Source of the DNA: Silicimonas sp.
GTDB lineage: Bacteria; Pseudomonadota; Alphaproteobacteria; Rhodobacterales; Rhodobacteraceae
NCBI GenBank assembly: GCA_022824315.1
Contig: JAJEAC010000066.1
Location: 13,784 to 77,783 of the forward strand
Length of the DNA: 64,000 nt
Direction of reading: 5' to 3'
Part shown: positions 21,157-32,402 of the stretch, piece after piece
How the letters are laid out: each line of letters starts with the position of its first letter
Numbering within the stretch: the stretch's first letter is position 1
The notes under the pieces: generated by a model
Database searches by the model: none
Seen by the model: only the letters and a program-made list of their open reading frames with translations
What the model was told of the DNA's origin: nothing
Translations under genes and position numbers: made by a program

Positions 21157-22023
21157 TCATGCCGGACTTCTCGCTGCCACGACTCTGTCCCTTCCGTCCA
21201 GATCGGCATGAACCGCCAAGCTCTCGAGGCCGGCGTCGGCCATCAGACTCCGGACCCCATCGGCCTGGGTTGACCCGATTTCGACCAGCAGCCTCCCCCC
21301 AGGGGCCAGATGGTTCCTTGCCCCCGCCGCGATTGCGCGATAGGCCGAAAGCCCGTCGATTCCGCCAGCCAAAGCCACACGCGGTTCATGCCACCTGACC
21401 TCCGGTGGCAGGTCCTTGAATTCGTCTTCCGCGATGTAGGGCGGATTGGAAACGATGAGATCGTAACGCCCTCCCACATCACCATACCAGTCCGAAACTG
21501 ACAGGTTCACGCGTTCGGCCACGCCCGTGCATTCAGCATTTTCCCCGGCAACCCGCAATGCCTTCTCCGAAACGTCGGTGCCGACGCCGAGTGCGTTCGG
21601 GCGTTCCATCAGGAGCGAAATGACGATGCAGCCGGATCCGGTTCCGAGATCCAGAACGTGGCCAAACGGTTCCTGGACCCCCAGTTCGACCAGCAGTTCC
21701 GTTTCCGGTCGGGGATCAAGCACATCGTGCGTGACCTTGAACGTTCCCTTCCAGAATTCCCGCTTGCCGATGATTTGCGACACCGGCCGCCTCGATTCTC
21801 TTGCGGAGACCCCAATTTCCAGCATCCGAAGCGCAAGAGCGTTCGGCTCATCGCGAATCTGCGGCCCGGACGCAGTCATGCCCGTATCGCATGCCCAGCG
21901 GAAGATCCGTCGGAAATCGCCTGCTGCGTCAGGCACACCTGCGGCATGCAGCCGGGCAATCCAGCTGTCCTGCCTGACCGCCGGGCGTCCCGTGTTCGAA
22001 TTGCAGCCACTCCGCGACATCAC
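21157..22023 (-). CDS. prmC: peptide chain release factor N5-glutamine methyltransferase
   Basis: SAM motif VLDLGTGSGCI and catalytic NPPY (LIVSNPPYI). Lies immediately downstream of prfA. Confidence 0.93.
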   Translation of the reverse strand: MMSRSGCNSNTGRPAVRQDSWIARLHAAGVPDAAGDFRRIFRWACDTGMTASGPQIRDEPNALALRMLEIGVSARESRRPVSQIIGKREFWKGTFKVTHDVLDPRPETELLVELGVQEPFGHVLDLGTGSGCIVISLLMERPNALGVGTDVSEKALRVAGENAECTGVAERVNLSVSDWYGDVGGRYDLIVSNPPYIAEDEFKDLPPEVRWHEPRVALAGGIDGLSAYRAIAAGARNHLAPGGRLLVEIGSTQADGVRSLMADAGLESLAVHADLDGRDRVVAARSPA

Positions 22024-22033
22024 ATCCCGCGCG

Positions 22034-23089
22034 TCACAGCCCCTGCTCCGCCAGCTTCTCGGCCTGATCTGCCGCGATCAGGGCATCTATGACTTCGTCG
22101 AGATCGCCGCCGAGGACCTCGGCAAGCCGGTAGGTCGTCAGTCCGATGCGATGATCCGTCATGCGGCCTTGAGGGAAATTGTAGGTCCGGATTCTCTCCG
22201 AGCGGTCCCCCGACCCGACCTTGGCCTTCCGGTCGCTCGCACGTTCGTCCGCCATCCGTTGACGCTCCATGTCGTAGAGCTTCGCACGCAATCGGGCCAT
22301 TGCGATCGCCCGGTTTTGATGTTGGGACTTTTCTGAAGACGTCACCACGATTCCAGACGGAACATGCGTGATCCTGACCGCCGAATCGGTCGTGTTCACG
22401 TGCTGGCCTCCCGATCCGCTTGCCCGCATCGTATCGATGCGAATATCGCTGGCAGGAATGTTGACATCAACCTCCTCGGCTTCCGGCAGGACGGCAACCG
22501 TGGCTGCGGAAGTGTGGATTCGCCCGCCGGATTCCGTCTCCGGCACGCGCTGGACCCTGTGAACGCCGCTCTCGAACTTCATGCGTGCAAACACGCCATC
22601 CCCCGCGACATTGGCGACCGCCTCCTTGACGCCGCCAAGCTCGGATTCCGACAACTCGATCATTGAGAACGTCCAGCCTCGATCCTCCGCGTAACGCTGA
22701 TACATCCGCAGCAATTCCCCGGCAAAAAGTGCCGCCTCCTCGCCGCCGGTGCCGGGACGAATCTCGACGATTGCGGGCCGCGCATCGGCGACGTCCTTGG
22801 GCAGAAGCGCAACCTTCAGGCGCTGTTCCAGGATCGGCAGCTCGTCCTTCACCTTGTCAAGCTCCTCCTGGGCAAGCTCGCGCATTTCGGGATCTTCCAG
22901 CATCGCCTCTGCTTCGTCCCGTGCGGCAAGCAACGCTCGATAGGCGTCAATCTCGGTCACGAGGAGCCTCAATTCGGCATACTCACGGGAGAGATCCGCA
23001 AATTCGCCTCCCTGCACGCCGCTTGCCATCTTCGCTTCCAGGAACTGAAAGCGCTCACGGATTTGCTCAAGTGTTTCGAGGGGTACCAT
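22034..23089 (-). CDS. prfA: peptide chain release factor 1
   Basis: GGQ motif ([19 protein letters not shown]) and PxT-type decoding region. 351 aa. Confidence 0.97.
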   Translation of the reverse strand: MVPLETLEQIRERFQFLEAKMASGVQGGEFADLSREYAELRLLVTEIDAYRALLAARDEAEAMLEDPEMRELAQEELDKVKDELPILEQRLKVALLPKDVADARPAIVEIRPGTGGEEAALFAGELLRMYQRYAEDRGWTFSMIELSESELGGVKEAVANVAGDGVFARMKFESGVHRVQRVPETESGGRIHTSAATVAVLPEAEEVDVNIPASDIRIDTMRASGSGGQHVNTTDSAVRITHVPSGIVVTSSEKSQHQNRAIAMARLRAKLYDMERQRMADERASDRKAKVGSGDRSERIRTYNFPQGRMTDHRIGLTTYRLAEVLGGDLDEVIDALIAADQAEKLAEQGL

Positions 23090-23223
23090 GCCCTCGTCTC
23101 ACGCATTGGCCGTGCCGCGTCAAGTTTGGCGACCGTAGCGGTTGCAAGCAACGAAGGAATATGCGTGTTTCACGACCACGTGGACTGTCTTCCAATGCGA
23201 CCAGAATCGGATACACTCGGTCC

Positions 23224-23511
23224 ATGCTTCGTGCCGTCATTCTCCTGGCCCTTATGGCCACGCCTGCCGTCGGAGACGTCAAGACCCCAGGCGGCAAGAC
23301 CGTAGAATGCTATTGCACGGACTCGCAAGGACTGCGTGTATCGCTTGGGGAGACCATCTGCCTCACCGTCAACGGCAGATCCTTCATGGCGCAGTGCGAC
23401 ATGTCACTGAATGTCCCGACTTGGCGTGACACCGGGCAAGGCTGCCTGTCGTCGGAACTGCGGCTGACACCTCTGGAACGCCTGCGCCGCCTTTCTGCAC
23501 CACCAGCCTAA
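23224..23511 (+). CDS. small secreted Cys-containing hypothetical protein (95 aa)
   Basis: Signal peptide MLRAVILLALMATPAVGDV, five Cys in the mature part, and reasonable GC3. This is the 3' part of track ORF 22663..23511, the rest of which is antisense to prfA. Confidence 0.55.
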   Translation: MLRAVILLALMATPAVGDVKTPGGKTVECYCTDSQGLRVSLGETICLTVNGRSFMAQCDMSLNVPTWRDTGQGCLSSELRLTPLERLRRLSAPPA

Positions 23512-23791
23512 GGCTTGCCTGCTTTCGTTTCGGGAAGGCACGGCTTCACCGTTTGAGTCGGTTCCATCCCCGGAAAGCAATCAGGTCGCAAGCGGCATGT
23601 GTGACGCGAATGCCCATACGCCAGCCTGTTGGAACTTGCTGCGCTACCTTCGCAGGACAATTGGTTTGAAGGAGTTTCCCTCATCGCCAATCGCGCCATC
23701 AAACTCGTTTCCAGCGTCTGCCAGCACCATTGAACCTTCTCACGTTTCCGGCGAAAGCTGGGTCCGCCAAACATCTGAGCAAAGGGCGATC

Positions 23792-24631
23792 ATGGCCGAA
23801 AACGACCCAATTCGCGACATGCCCGAGGGCATCTTGAAGCTGATCGAAATCATGCGCCGACTCCGCGATTCCGAGACCGGCTGCCCTTGGGACATTGAGC
23901 AGGACTTCGCCTCGATTGCACCCTATACAATTGAGGAAGCCTACGAGGTTGCCGATGCGATCGAGCGCGAAACCTGGCACGACCTGGAAGGCGAGTTGGG
24001 CGATCTGCTTCTGCAGGTCGTCTATCACTGCCAGATGGGCCGCGAGGCGGGGCACTTCGACTTCTCCAGCGTAACCCGGAGAATCTGCACCAAGATGATT
24101 GCCCGCCATCCGCATGTCTTCGGCTCCGACAGCCGTGACAAGTCAGCAAACGAACAGGCCCGAGACTGGGAATCGGCCAAGGCAGCGGAGCGCACGGCCT
24201 CGGGCGAGACACGAACTCTCGACGGCATCGCGCTCGGACTCCCGGCCCTGCTCAGAGCCATGAAACTGCAAAGGCGCCTGGCAGCGGTCGGCTTTGACTG
24301 GGAAGAGCCTCGTCCGGTGCTGGACAAGATCGCGGAAGAGGTCGCGGAATTGAACGAGGCATTCAGCGCGGCAAATGACGACATCAAGGAAGAGTTCGGC
24401 GACCTCCTCTTTTCGCTGGTCAATCTTGCTCGGCACTGGGACATTGATCCGGAAGCCGCATTGCGGCACGCCAACGCCAAGGTGGAACGACGGTTTGCAT
24501 CCGTCGAAGACCGGTTGGCCGCGGCCCGCAGACTCCCCACGGAGGCCACGCTTGCCGAAATGGATGGCCTCTGGGAGGCAGCCAAGCGGGAAGAGACAGC
24601 GCAACCCACGCGACACAAGCACGGCACCTGA
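23792..24631 (+). CDS. mazG: nucleoside triphosphate pyrophosphohydrolase MazG
   Basis: LRDSETGCPWDIEQDFASIAPYTIEEAYEVADAIE followed by a second MazG repeat (EEFGDLLFSLVNLARH). ATG 23792. Confidence 0.93.
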   Translation: MAENDPIRDMPEGILKLIEIMRRLRDSETGCPWDIEQDFASIAPYTIEEAYEVADAIERETWHDLEGELGDLLLQVVYHCQMGREAGHFDFSSVTRRICTKMIARHPHVFGSDSRDKSANEQARDWESAKAAERTASGETRTLDGIALGLPALLRAMKLQRRLAAVGFDWEEPRPVLDKIAEEVAELNEAFSAANDDIKEEFGDLLFSLVNLARHWDIDPEAALRHANAKVERRFASVEDRLAAARRLPTEATLAEMDGLWEAAKREETAQPTRHKHGT

Positions 24632-24796
24632 CCTACCGCGCGTTTCGGTCCAGTCGCGCAGGACGGCCACCGAGGCGAGGGCGCACTCACCGGATCTCGA
24701 AACCCCACCATTGCGTCGCATCGCAAGCTTCCGGCGAACGCGTCGGCGGCTGAATTCTTATTTCCGACTAAAAATGTCATCTATTGATCTTAGTAA

Positions 24797-24810
24797 AATA
24801 CTCAAGTATT
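24797..24810. promoter_or_regulatory. candidate operator palindrome AATACT-CA-AGTATT in an AT-rich promoter region
   Basis: 6+6 bp inverted repeat 35-48 nt upstream of the Fe(3+)-type SBP ATG, inside the most AT-rich stretch of this part of the window (about 24755..24840). A second imperfect palindrome GACTAAAAATGTC lies at 24766..24778. Confidence 0.3.
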
Positions 24811-24844
24811 GGCAGCATGCGAATCTCATAAAAGGAACCTCGCC

Positions 24845-25846
24845 ATGCGCATGACAGCCCTCGCCGTCGCGGCCCTGAGCACGGTTGCACCGGCATTTGC
24901 CGATCAGGTCAACGTCTATTCCTATCGGCAGCCAGAACTGATCCAGCCGCTCTTCGACGTCTTCACCGAGAAGACAGGCATCAAGGTCAATGTCGCGTTC
25001 CTGAACAAGGGAATGGCCGAACGACTGAAGGCGGAAGGTGCCCGCTCTCCGGCCGACCTGGCCTTTACGGTCGACATTGGCCGGCTTGACGCGCTCAAGT
25101 CCGCCGGCGTGCTCGATCCGCTCGCGACCGACGGCATCAAGGCCAACGTGCCGGAGCAATACCGTGACCCGGACGGGGAATGGACGGCGCTCACGACTCG
25201 GGCGCGCATCGTGTACGCCTCGAAGGACCGAGTCGCAGATGGACAGGTGACGACCTACGAAGACCTGGCTGATCCCAAGTGGAAAGGCAAGATCTGCACG
25301 CGTTCCGGCACCCACGTCTACATGCTGGCGCTCACCGCGGGCATAATTGAGCAACATGGTGAAGAGTATGCCCGGAACTGGCTTGCGGGTCTCAAGGCCA
25401 ACCTCGCCCGGAAGCCGCAAGGCAACGACCGCGCTCAGGTCAAGGCGATCTGGGCCGGGGAATGCGACATATCGATTGGCAACACCTACTACATGGCCCT
25501 CATGATGAAAAACGATGAGCAGATGGCCTGGGCCGACAGTGTCCGCATCGTCTTCCCGACATTCGAAAACGGTGGAACGCACGTGAATGTCTCGGGTGTT
25601 GCGCTCACCAAGGCAGCACCGAACCGGGAAGCCGCCATCCAGCTGGTCGAGTTTCTGGCATCGGGGGAAGGCCAGAGGCTCTACGCCGAAATCAACAGCG
25701 AATACCCAGTGAACCCGAGTGTTTCTGCCCTCGCGGTGGTTGAGGCGTTCGGCAAGTTTACTGCTGATGACGCAAATCTCCAGACGATCGCCAACTTCAG
25801 AGACGAAGCGCTGCGCATCACCGAGGAGGTCGACTACGACGGATGA
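24845..25846 (+). CDS. Fe(3+)-type ABC transporter substrate-binding protein (FbpA/FutA-like), orphan
   Basis: Signal peptide MRMTALAVAALSTVAPAFA followed by DQVNVYSYRQPELIQPLFDVFTEKTGIKVN..., typical of iron(III) SBPs. No permease or ATPase gene adjacent. Confidence 0.8.
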   Translation: MRMTALAVAALSTVAPAFADQVNVYSYRQPELIQPLFDVFTEKTGIKVNVAFLNKGMAERLKAEGARSPADLAFTVDIGRLDALKSAGVLDPLATDGIKANVPEQYRDPDGEWTALTTRARIVYASKDRVADGQVTTYEDLADPKWKGKICTRSGTHVYMLALTAGIIEQHGEEYARNWLAGLKANLARKPQGNDRAQVKAIWAGECDISIGNTYYMALMMKNDEQMAWADSVRIVFPTFENGGTHVNVSGVALTKAAPNREAAIQLVEFLASGEGQRLYAEINSEYPVNPSVSALAVVEAFGKFTADDANLQTIANFRDEALRITEEVDYDG

Positions 25847-25967
25847 TGAACGCCCCAGGGGGCGACAGTCGTGAAGCATACGGATCCGCCCCTGCGTTTC
25901 TCCAGAAGCGCAGAGGCGGGTGGACATGGTGGCCGCGACGTGTTCAAGCTTTCATCCGGAAGGAACG

Positions 25968-26909
25968 ATGGCGCGGCGCAAGATCATCATCGACACCGAT
26001 CCCGGCCAGGACGACGCAGTGGCCATCCTGCTGGCCCTTGCTTCGCCGGACGAGCTCGAAGTGCTGGGAGTGACCGCCGTTGCGGGCAATGTCCCCCTCG
26101 CACTCACGCAAAGAAACGCCCGGATCGTCTGCGAACTCGGCGGTCGCGCCGACATTCCCGTCATTGCAGGTTCGGACAGACCGCTTTTTAGGCCCCTGGT
26201 CACGGCGGAACACGTCCATGGAAAGACCGGACTTGACGGACCAACGCTTCCGGATCCCGAAATGCCGCTCCAGGACGGCCATGCCGTCGACTTCATCGTC
26301 GACACGCTGCGCCGCGAACCGGCCGGAACGGTTACGCTCGTTCCCATCGGCCCGCTGACCAACATTGCCCGTGCGTTTCAGGACGCGCCTGACATCATGC
26401 CGCGCGTTCAGGACATCGTCTTGATGGGCGGCGCCTATTTCGAGGTCGGCAACATCACGCCCGCAGCCGAGTTCAACATCTATGTAGATCCGGACGCCGC
26501 AGAAATCGTGTTCAAGTCGGGCGTGCCGCTGACCGTCATGCCACTGGATGTGACCCACAAGGCGCTGGTCACGTCGGAACGGATCGAGACGTTTCGTCAA
26601 ATGGGCACGAAAGCAGGCCAATTGGTCGCGGCGTGGACAGACTTCTTCGAGCGTTTCGACAAGGAAAAATACGGCTCCGAGGGTGCGCCGCTTCATGATC
26701 CGTGCACGATTGCCTATCTTCTGCAGCCCGGGCTCTTTTCCGGCCGTTACGTCAATGTCGAGATTGAAACCGAATCCGAACTTACGCGCGGCATGACTGT
26801 CGCCGACTGGTGGCGCGTGACCGACCGACCTGCCAACGCCACCTTCATGGGAGACCTGGATGCAAAGGGCTACTTCGATCTCTTGTCGGAACGCATCGCC
26901 CGCCTCTGA
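25968..26909 (+). CDS. nucleoside hydrolase (IU-NH family)
   Basis: N-terminal fingerprint KIIIDTDPGQDDAVAILLA. About 313 aa. Confidence 0.9.
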   Translation: MARRKIIIDTDPGQDDAVAILLALASPDELEVLGVTAVAGNVPLALTQRNARIVCELGGRADIPVIAGSDRPLFRPLVTAEHVHGKTGLDGPTLPDPEMPLQDGHAVDFIVDTLRREPAGTVTLVPIGPLTNIARAFQDAPDIMPRVQDIVLMGGAYFEVGNITPAAEFNIYVDPDAAEIVFKSGVPLTVMPLDVTHKALVTSERIETFRQMGTKAGQLVAAWTDFFERFDKEKYGSEGAPLHDPCTIAYLLQPGLFSGRYVNVEIETESELTRGMTVADWWRVTDRPANATFMGDLDAKGYFDLLSERIARL

Positions 26910-26981
26910 CGGGGCCCCCACCTCCTGGCCCCGGGCGGAAGACCGATTCGCTCGCCTGACTCGTCCAGCAGGCCCGGACCC

Positions 26982-28406
26982 ATGAGCCTCGCGCTGCCCT
27001 TCGACAACTCGTACGGACGGTTGCCGAACCGCTTCTACACCAGAATGGCGCCGTCACCGGTGGCCGCTCCGGCAATGCTGGCCCTGAACGTGCCACTTGC
27101 AGGACGCCTGGGAATTGACGCGGACGCACTGACAGCACCCGAAGGCGTCTCTGTCCTGGCCGGAAATGCGGTTCCCGAAGGGGCCGACCCATTGGCCCAG
27201 GTCTATGCCGGCCATCAGTTTGGCGGCTGGTCCCCGCAACTCGGTGACGGGCGTGCCATCCTGCTCGGCGAGATTGTCGCACCCGACGGGGCCCGCTTCG
27301 ACATACAGCTCAAGGGATCGGGCCGAACGCCGTATTCGCGAATGGGGGATGGCCGCGCGTGGCTCGGACCGGTTCTGCGCGAATACATCGTGTCCGAAGC
27401 CATGGCAGCCCTCGGCGTGCCGACGACGCGGGCGCTTGCTGCCGTGACGACCGGAGAGACGGTCTTTCGAGAGGCGCCGTTGCCTGGCGCAGTTCTGACC
27501 CGTGTTGCTGCCAGCCATATCCGGGTCGGCACCTTCCAGTACTTTCGCGCACGAGACGACCGCGAGGCGCTGGAGGCGCTCGCCAGCCATGCCATCGAAC
27601 GTCATGCCCACGAGGCTGATGGCCCGCTGGGTCTTCTGAACCATGTCGTGGAACGGCAGGCGATTCTGGTGGCGGCCTGGCTCGGAATCGGATTCATCCA
27701 TGGCGTCATGAACACGGACAACATGACCGTATCGGGCGAAACCATCGACTACGGCCCCTGTGCATTCATCGATGACTTCAGCCCGATGCGCGTGTTTTCG
27801 TCGATCGACCACCAAGGCAGGTATGCATATTCGCGCCAGCCGGACATCGCGATGTGGAACCTGGCACAACTGGCAACTGCGCTCCTCCCGCTCATTGAAG
27901 ACATGAAGGACGCGCAGGCTGCCGTCGACCGCTTCCCCGGGCTCTTCCGAGACGCTTGGCTGGCGGTCTTCCGTGCGAAGCTCGGCCTGCAAGCGGCCGA
28001 CGAGGGGGATGACAAGCTGATTCTCGCGCTTCTTGACGCGATGGCAAAGGGAAAGGCCGACTTCACAAATTCGTTCCGGTCCCTCGGCAGTCCCAAGGCA
28101 AGAGACGGGTTCTCTGACCCAGAACTCTACGATGCCTGGGAGACGTCCTGGAAGGAGCGACTGGGCAGGGAAAGTGCGGTGCCGGACGACCGGGCCGAAT
28201 CCATGCATGCCGCGAATCCTGCGCTCATCCCCCGCAACCATCGGATCGAGCAAGCGATACAGGCTGCGATTGCAGGCAACCTGGGCCCCTTCGAGCGTCT
28301 GAATGCCGCCCTTCTGGCGCCGTTTTCCGATGCGGAAAGGTTCGTGGATCTTGCAAAGCCACCGAACGAAAGCGAAGTTGTCTGTCAGACCTTCTGCGGC
28401 ACCTGA
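26982..28406 (+). CDS. selO: protein adenylyltransferase SelO (YdiU/UPF0061)
   Basis: Full-length SelO-like protein: [51 protein letters not shown]. Confidence 0.92.
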   Translation: MSLALPFDNSYGRLPNRFYTRMAPSPVAAPAMLALNVPLAGRLGIDADALTAPEGVSVLAGNAVPEGADPLAQVYAGHQFGGWSPQLGDGRAILLGEIVAPDGARFDIQLKGSGRTPYSRMGDGRAWLGPVLREYIVSEAMAALGVPTTRALAAVTTGETVFREAPLPGAVLTRVAASHIRVGTFQYFRARDDREALEALASHAIERHAHEADGPLGLLNHVVERQAILVAAWLGIGFIHGVMNTDNMTVSGETIDYGPCAFIDDFSPMRVFSSIDHQGRYAYSRQPDIAMWNLAQLATALLPLIEDMKDAQAAVDRFPGLFRDAWLAVFRAKLGLQAADEGDDKLILALLDAMAKGKADFTNSFRSLGSPKARDGFSDPELYDAWETSWKERLGRESAVPDDRAESMHAANPALIPRNHRIEQAIQAAIAGNLGPFERLNAALLAPFSDAERFVDLAKPPNESEVVCQTFCGT

Positions 28407-29281
28407 GAAGGGCGATTGATCAGCACCAGGCCCATGCAGACAAGCGCGAGGGCCACAAGAATAGGCAGCCCCAGCGCCTCGTCCAGCAGCCACCATCCAA
28501 GGAACACGCCGAAAACAGGCACGAGGAAGCTGAATGCGGCCACGCTGGCCGCCGGATAGATTCCCAGCAGCCAGAGCCAGAAGGAAAACCCGAACGTCAC
28601 CACGACCACGATCTGGAACGCCAGTCCCCAGAGGTGGATGGGTTCAAGCTCGCGCACGAAAGGACCGAAGAAGACTGCGGCAACTAGGAGAATCGGAGCC
28701 GAAACAAGCACTTGCCAGAACAGCTGCCGGTCGGGCGAGACATCCTTGAGCCCCGTGCGTGCGATCAGTGCCAGCGTGGCCCACCCAATGGCTCCGAGCA
28801 AGGCCAGGAGGTCACCAAGCAACGCCCCCTCTCCGCTGTCGCCACGCCAGAAAATCGCGACGGCAGCGCCAAGAAACGCCAGCAACTGACCGACAGCCTT
28901 GACGCGGGTAATTCGCTCGCCGGGAATGAACACGTGAGCAAGGAGCGCCATCCAGAGTGGCATCGTGTTGAACAGAACCGATGTCCGAGAAACCGTCGTC
29001 AGATCAAGTGCAACGAACAGGAAGACGAACTCGAGCGCGAAGAGCGTCCCCATGAGGCAGCCAAAGAACAGGTTCTTGCGCTTGAGCCCCAGCGGCCGTC
29101 GCCGCACGGCAAACCAGAGCCAGAGACAAAGGACGACGCCCACCGACCGCATGCCGGCAAAGAAGACCGGTTGCAGCCCCTCGTTCACGACCCTGATGAC
29201 AACCTGGTTGAACGCCAGCAACAGCGAGAAGCCGACAAGCGCGAACGCTCCCGCCGCATCGATTCGGTCCTTTCGCGTCAT
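28385..29281 (-). CDS. DMT (EamA-like) family transporter
   Basis: 10-TM EamA-type ORF. Start is 29281, 29293 or 29305. The 3' end overlaps the selO 3' end by 22 nt (convergent). Confidence 0.8.
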   Translation of the reverse strand: MTRKDRIDAAGAFALVGFSLLLAFNQVVIRVVNEGLQPVFFAGMRSVGVVLCLWLWFAVRRRPLGLKRKNLFFGCLMGTLFALEFVFLFVALDLTTVSRTSVLFNTMPLWMALLAHVFIPGERITRVKAVGQLLAFLGAAVAIFWRGDSGEGALLGDLLALLGAIGWATLALIARTGLKDVSPDRQLFWQVLVSAPILLVAAVFFGPFVRELEPIHLWGLAFQIVVVVTFGFSFWLWLLGIYPAASVAAFSFLVPVFGVFLGWWLLDEALGLPILVALALVCMGLVLINRPSQVPQKV

Positions 29282-29741
29282 CCCGCCATCCATCTTGTCG
29301 CGCAACAGTGTTGAATGAATCTCTCATGCGAGGCGTCTTGCCGGACCAAGCCCCCGAAGTCATCTTCCCCAGTACGCTGGCGCGCATTGCGATTTGACGG
29401 ATGAACCGGTCTGCCGGAAACGCTTCGTGTCTCGGTCGATGCCCCACGTATTGCCATGCGGACACGGAGGCAAGACAGTGTCGTGCGGCTGGTCCCATGC
29501 ACCTTGGAAGAAGGCTCGGTACAAGAACTCGCGACCTGACCGTGCTTGCCGCCACCAATCGCACAAGTTCATTCAATCGCACATTTCAAAGCGCGCGCGA
29601 AACTCGGGCCCAGGCGCGATGCCTGCGCCACTCTCATTGCGGACGATGATCAGAACCAACGGAAATCCCATGGCAAATTGACATTCATGATTCATGTCGC
29701 CGAGCTTGACAAGCGCATCGGGCCTGCGGCACTTTACGCCG

Positions 29742-30326
29742 ATGTTGTCCCGGCGACTGATCCTGATGGGCCTCTGCACCTTGCCCGTTCCTGCACACGC
29801 ATTGCTCAAACGCTACGAACTGGACCCTCATGCCTCGCGCGCCGGGTTCACGTACTGGATGAAGGGTGTCAGACGGAAAGGCGAGATGCCGGTCGGTCGC
29901 GCCGACTTCCAGATCGACCCGTCCAATCTGGCCGCCAGTTCGACCGATGTGACACTACGTGCAGACCAAGTGCGTACCGGGTTTTTCCTTGTCACCAGAA
30001 TCCTGAAGAGCGCGGCAATGCTGGACACTGATCGCTTCCCCAACATTCGCTTCGTGTCTACCGCCGTCAGACCGGCCCCGTCTGGCCGATTCTCGGACGG
30101 CGCGAAACTGGCCGGAGAACTGACGATACGCGACGTGACGCAGGCAGTAACCTTCGACACCCTCTTCATGCGCCAGGCGGGCAGCGCACCGGATGACCTG
30201 GGCCGCCTGACGGTTCGCCTGAACGGACTGATCAGTCGGTCAAGTTTCGGCGCTTCCGGGTACAAATCCCTGGTCGGGGATGAAGTGGGCCTGAACGTGG
30301 TGATGGCCATGCGTGCCATCAACTGA
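29742..30326 (+). CDS. YceI family periplasmic protein
   Basis: Signal peptide MLSRRLILMGLCTLPVPAHA, then YELDPHASRAGFTY... and MLDTDRFPNIRFVS, characteristic of YceI-like domains. Confidence 0.8.
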   Translation: MLSRRLILMGLCTLPVPAHALLKRYELDPHASRAGFTYWMKGVRRKGEMPVGRADFQIDPSNLAASSTDVTLRADQVRTGFFLVTRILKSAAMLDTDRFPNIRFVSTAVRPAPSGRFSDGAKLAGELTIRDVTQAVTFDTLFMRQAGSAPDDLGRLTVRLNGLISRSSFGASGYKSLVGDEVGLNVVMAMRAIN

Positions 30327-30687
30327 ACGACTCCCAAGCAGGGCACCGCGGGTTCTGCCGCACCACCAGCTCGGGATGCAGCCGTGCGTCGTCTCAAGCC
30401 AGGAACGCTTCACTGCGGGCGGCACGGCTCTCGAAAATGGAGTTCAACGAGCCCGAATTCACGGATCACGGTCAAGATGTCCGTCCTTGACCGCAGGTCA
30501 TGACGGAAGCCTGGGACGCATGCGGCGTGTCAGCCTGTGGTCAATAATGAACCGCTCAGCGGCGAGGCCTGATGCGGGATTGCGATCAACGGTGACCAGG
30601 TTGCGTTGCGCACGGTCCCGACGCGCCATTCTCTTTCCCTTTGGGATCGCTTCGCATAAAAATGGGTTCCGCAACGGAAAGACGGAC

Positions 30688-31101
30688 ATGGCGGACACGA
30701 TACTCCAAAGATGCGAGGCGCTGGGACTGCGCCTTACGGAGCAGCGCCGTATCGTTGCAGCCGTTCTTGAAGGGGCGGACGACCATCCTGATGTCGAGAA
30801 GCTCTATGCCCGAGCTTGCGCCGTCGACCCTGGAATCTCGCTGGCCACGGTCTACCGTACCGTCAAGCTTTTCGAGGAGGCGGGAATCCTGGAAAAGCAC
30901 GAATTCCGGGACGGGCGCGCGCGCTACGAGGATGCCGAACGCGACCATCACGACCATCTGATCGACCTTAACTCCGGAGAAGTCTTCGAGTTCGTTGACG
31001 CCGAAATCGAAGCGCTCCAGGAGAGGATCGCCGCCAGGCTGGGCTACCAGTTGAAAGGGCACAGGCTGGAACTATACGGTGTCCGGCGCAAGGACGGATA
31101 G
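30688..31101 (+). CDS. irr: Fur-family iron response regulator Irr
   Basis: 137 aa. Winged-helix region LRLTEQRRIVAAVL...ISLATVYRTVKLFEEAGIL and a His-rich ERDHHDHLID motif. The track's 5' extension (30313) has no support. Confidence 0.8.
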   Translation: MADTILQRCEALGLRLTEQRRIVAAVLEGADDHPDVEKLYARACAVDPGISLATVYRTVKLFEEAGILEKHEFRDGRARYEDAERDHHDHLIDLNSGEVFEFVDAEIEALQERIAARLGYQLKGHRLELYGVRRKDG

Positions 31102-31191
31102 TCCGTCCAACATCGAAGCGTGGCGCTCACCAGCACGCTCATGCCCTCATGTTTCCGAAGGGACTCGCGGCATGCGCGTCCTCACGCGCAC

Positions 31192-32400
31192 CTACATGGA
31201 CTTCAATGCCAGCACCGCGTTCTGCCCTCCAAAGGCGAACGCGTTTGACAGGACATGGGAGACCTGGGCCTCGCGAGCTTCATTGGGAACCACGTCCAAG
31301 GAGCACTCAGGATCCGGCTCCTCGTAGCCGATCGTCGGCGCGATTATCCCGTCATTGAGAGCCATAAGGCAGGCAAGAAGTTCCACGGCGCCTGTGCCTC
31401 CGATCAGGTGGCCGTGCATCGACTTGGTCGACGAAATCATGACTTCGTCTGCGTGATGGCCAAAGACTTTGGACACCGCGGCACACTCGGTCTTGTCGTT
31501 TGCCGCCGTGCCCGTTCCGTGCGCATTGATGTATCCCACCTCCTCGGCACCTATGCGCGCATCCTTCAGCGCGCCCGAGATGGCACGCGTTGCCCCCTGC
31601 TGCGAGGGCATGACGATGTCGGCTGCGTCGGATGTCATCGAAAATCCCACGACTTCGGCCAAAATGCCTGCGCCCCGCGCCTTCGCATGCTCGAATTCCT
31701 CGAACACGAATATGCCGGCCCCCTCACCCTGCACCATCCCGTTCCGGTTGGCGGAAAACGGGCGGCAAGCATCCCTTGACATCACGCGGAGACCTTCCCA
31801 GGCCTTCACGCCGCCGAAGCAGAGCATGCTTTCCGATCCGCCGGTAACGATCGCGGTGGCCGCGCCCGACCGGATCAACCAGAAGGCCTGGCCCATGGCA
31901 TGGTTCGACGAGGCGCATGCCGTCGCGACAGTGAAGGACGGACCCTTGAGATTGTAATTCATCGACAAATGGCTCGCCGCCGAGTTGTTCATGAGCTTTG
32001 GCACGATGAAGGGATGAACCCGGTTCTTGCCCTCCTCGTATACGGCCCGGTAGTTCTCGTCCTGGGTGTTAAGACCGCCGCCGGACGTGCCAAGCACGAC
32101 TCCCGATTGAGCGGCGAGATGGCCGGAGAATTCAAGCGCGGACTGTGCAATCGCCTCCTCTGCGGCGATCAGGGTGAACTGGGTGAACCTGTCATACAGG
32201 GCCTGCTGCTGACGATTGAACCGCCGATCCGGATTGTACCCCTTGACCTGCCCTCCGATCCGGATCGAAAGGCGCTCGACGTCACGAATATCCAGTTCAT
32301 CAATTCCGCACCGCCCCTCGCGCATGGCTTCATAGGTTTCGGGCACTGAATGGCCGAGAGGATTGATCGTCCCGGATCCGGTGATGACAACCCGTCGCAC
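31192..32400 (-). CDS. beta-ketoacyl-ACP synthase (FabF/NodE-like)
   Basis: Cys-His-His triad contexts ATACASS, INAHGTGT and KSMHGHLIGG. 402 aa. Starts 2 nt after the ACP stop. Confidence 0.9.
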   Translation of the reverse strand: MRRVVITGSGTINPLGHSVPETYEAMREGRCGIDELDIRDVERLSIRIGGQVKGYNPDRRFNRQQQALYDRFTQFTLIAAEEAIAQSALEFSGHLAAQSGVVLGTSGGGLNTQDENYRAVYEEGKNRVHPFIVPKLMNNSAASHLSMNYNLKGPSFTVATACASSNHAMGQAFWLIRSGAATAIVTGGSESMLCFGGVKAWEGLRVMSRDACRPFSANRNGMVQGEGAGIFVFEEFEHAKARGAGILAEVVGFSMTSDAADIVMPSQQGATRAISGALKDARIGAEEVGYINAHGTGTAANDKTECAAVSKVFGHHADEVMISSTKSMHGHLIGGTGAVELLACLMALNDGIIAPTIGYEEPDPECSLDVVPNEAREAQVSHVLSNAFAFGGQNAVLALKSM

Positions 32401-32402
32401 TG

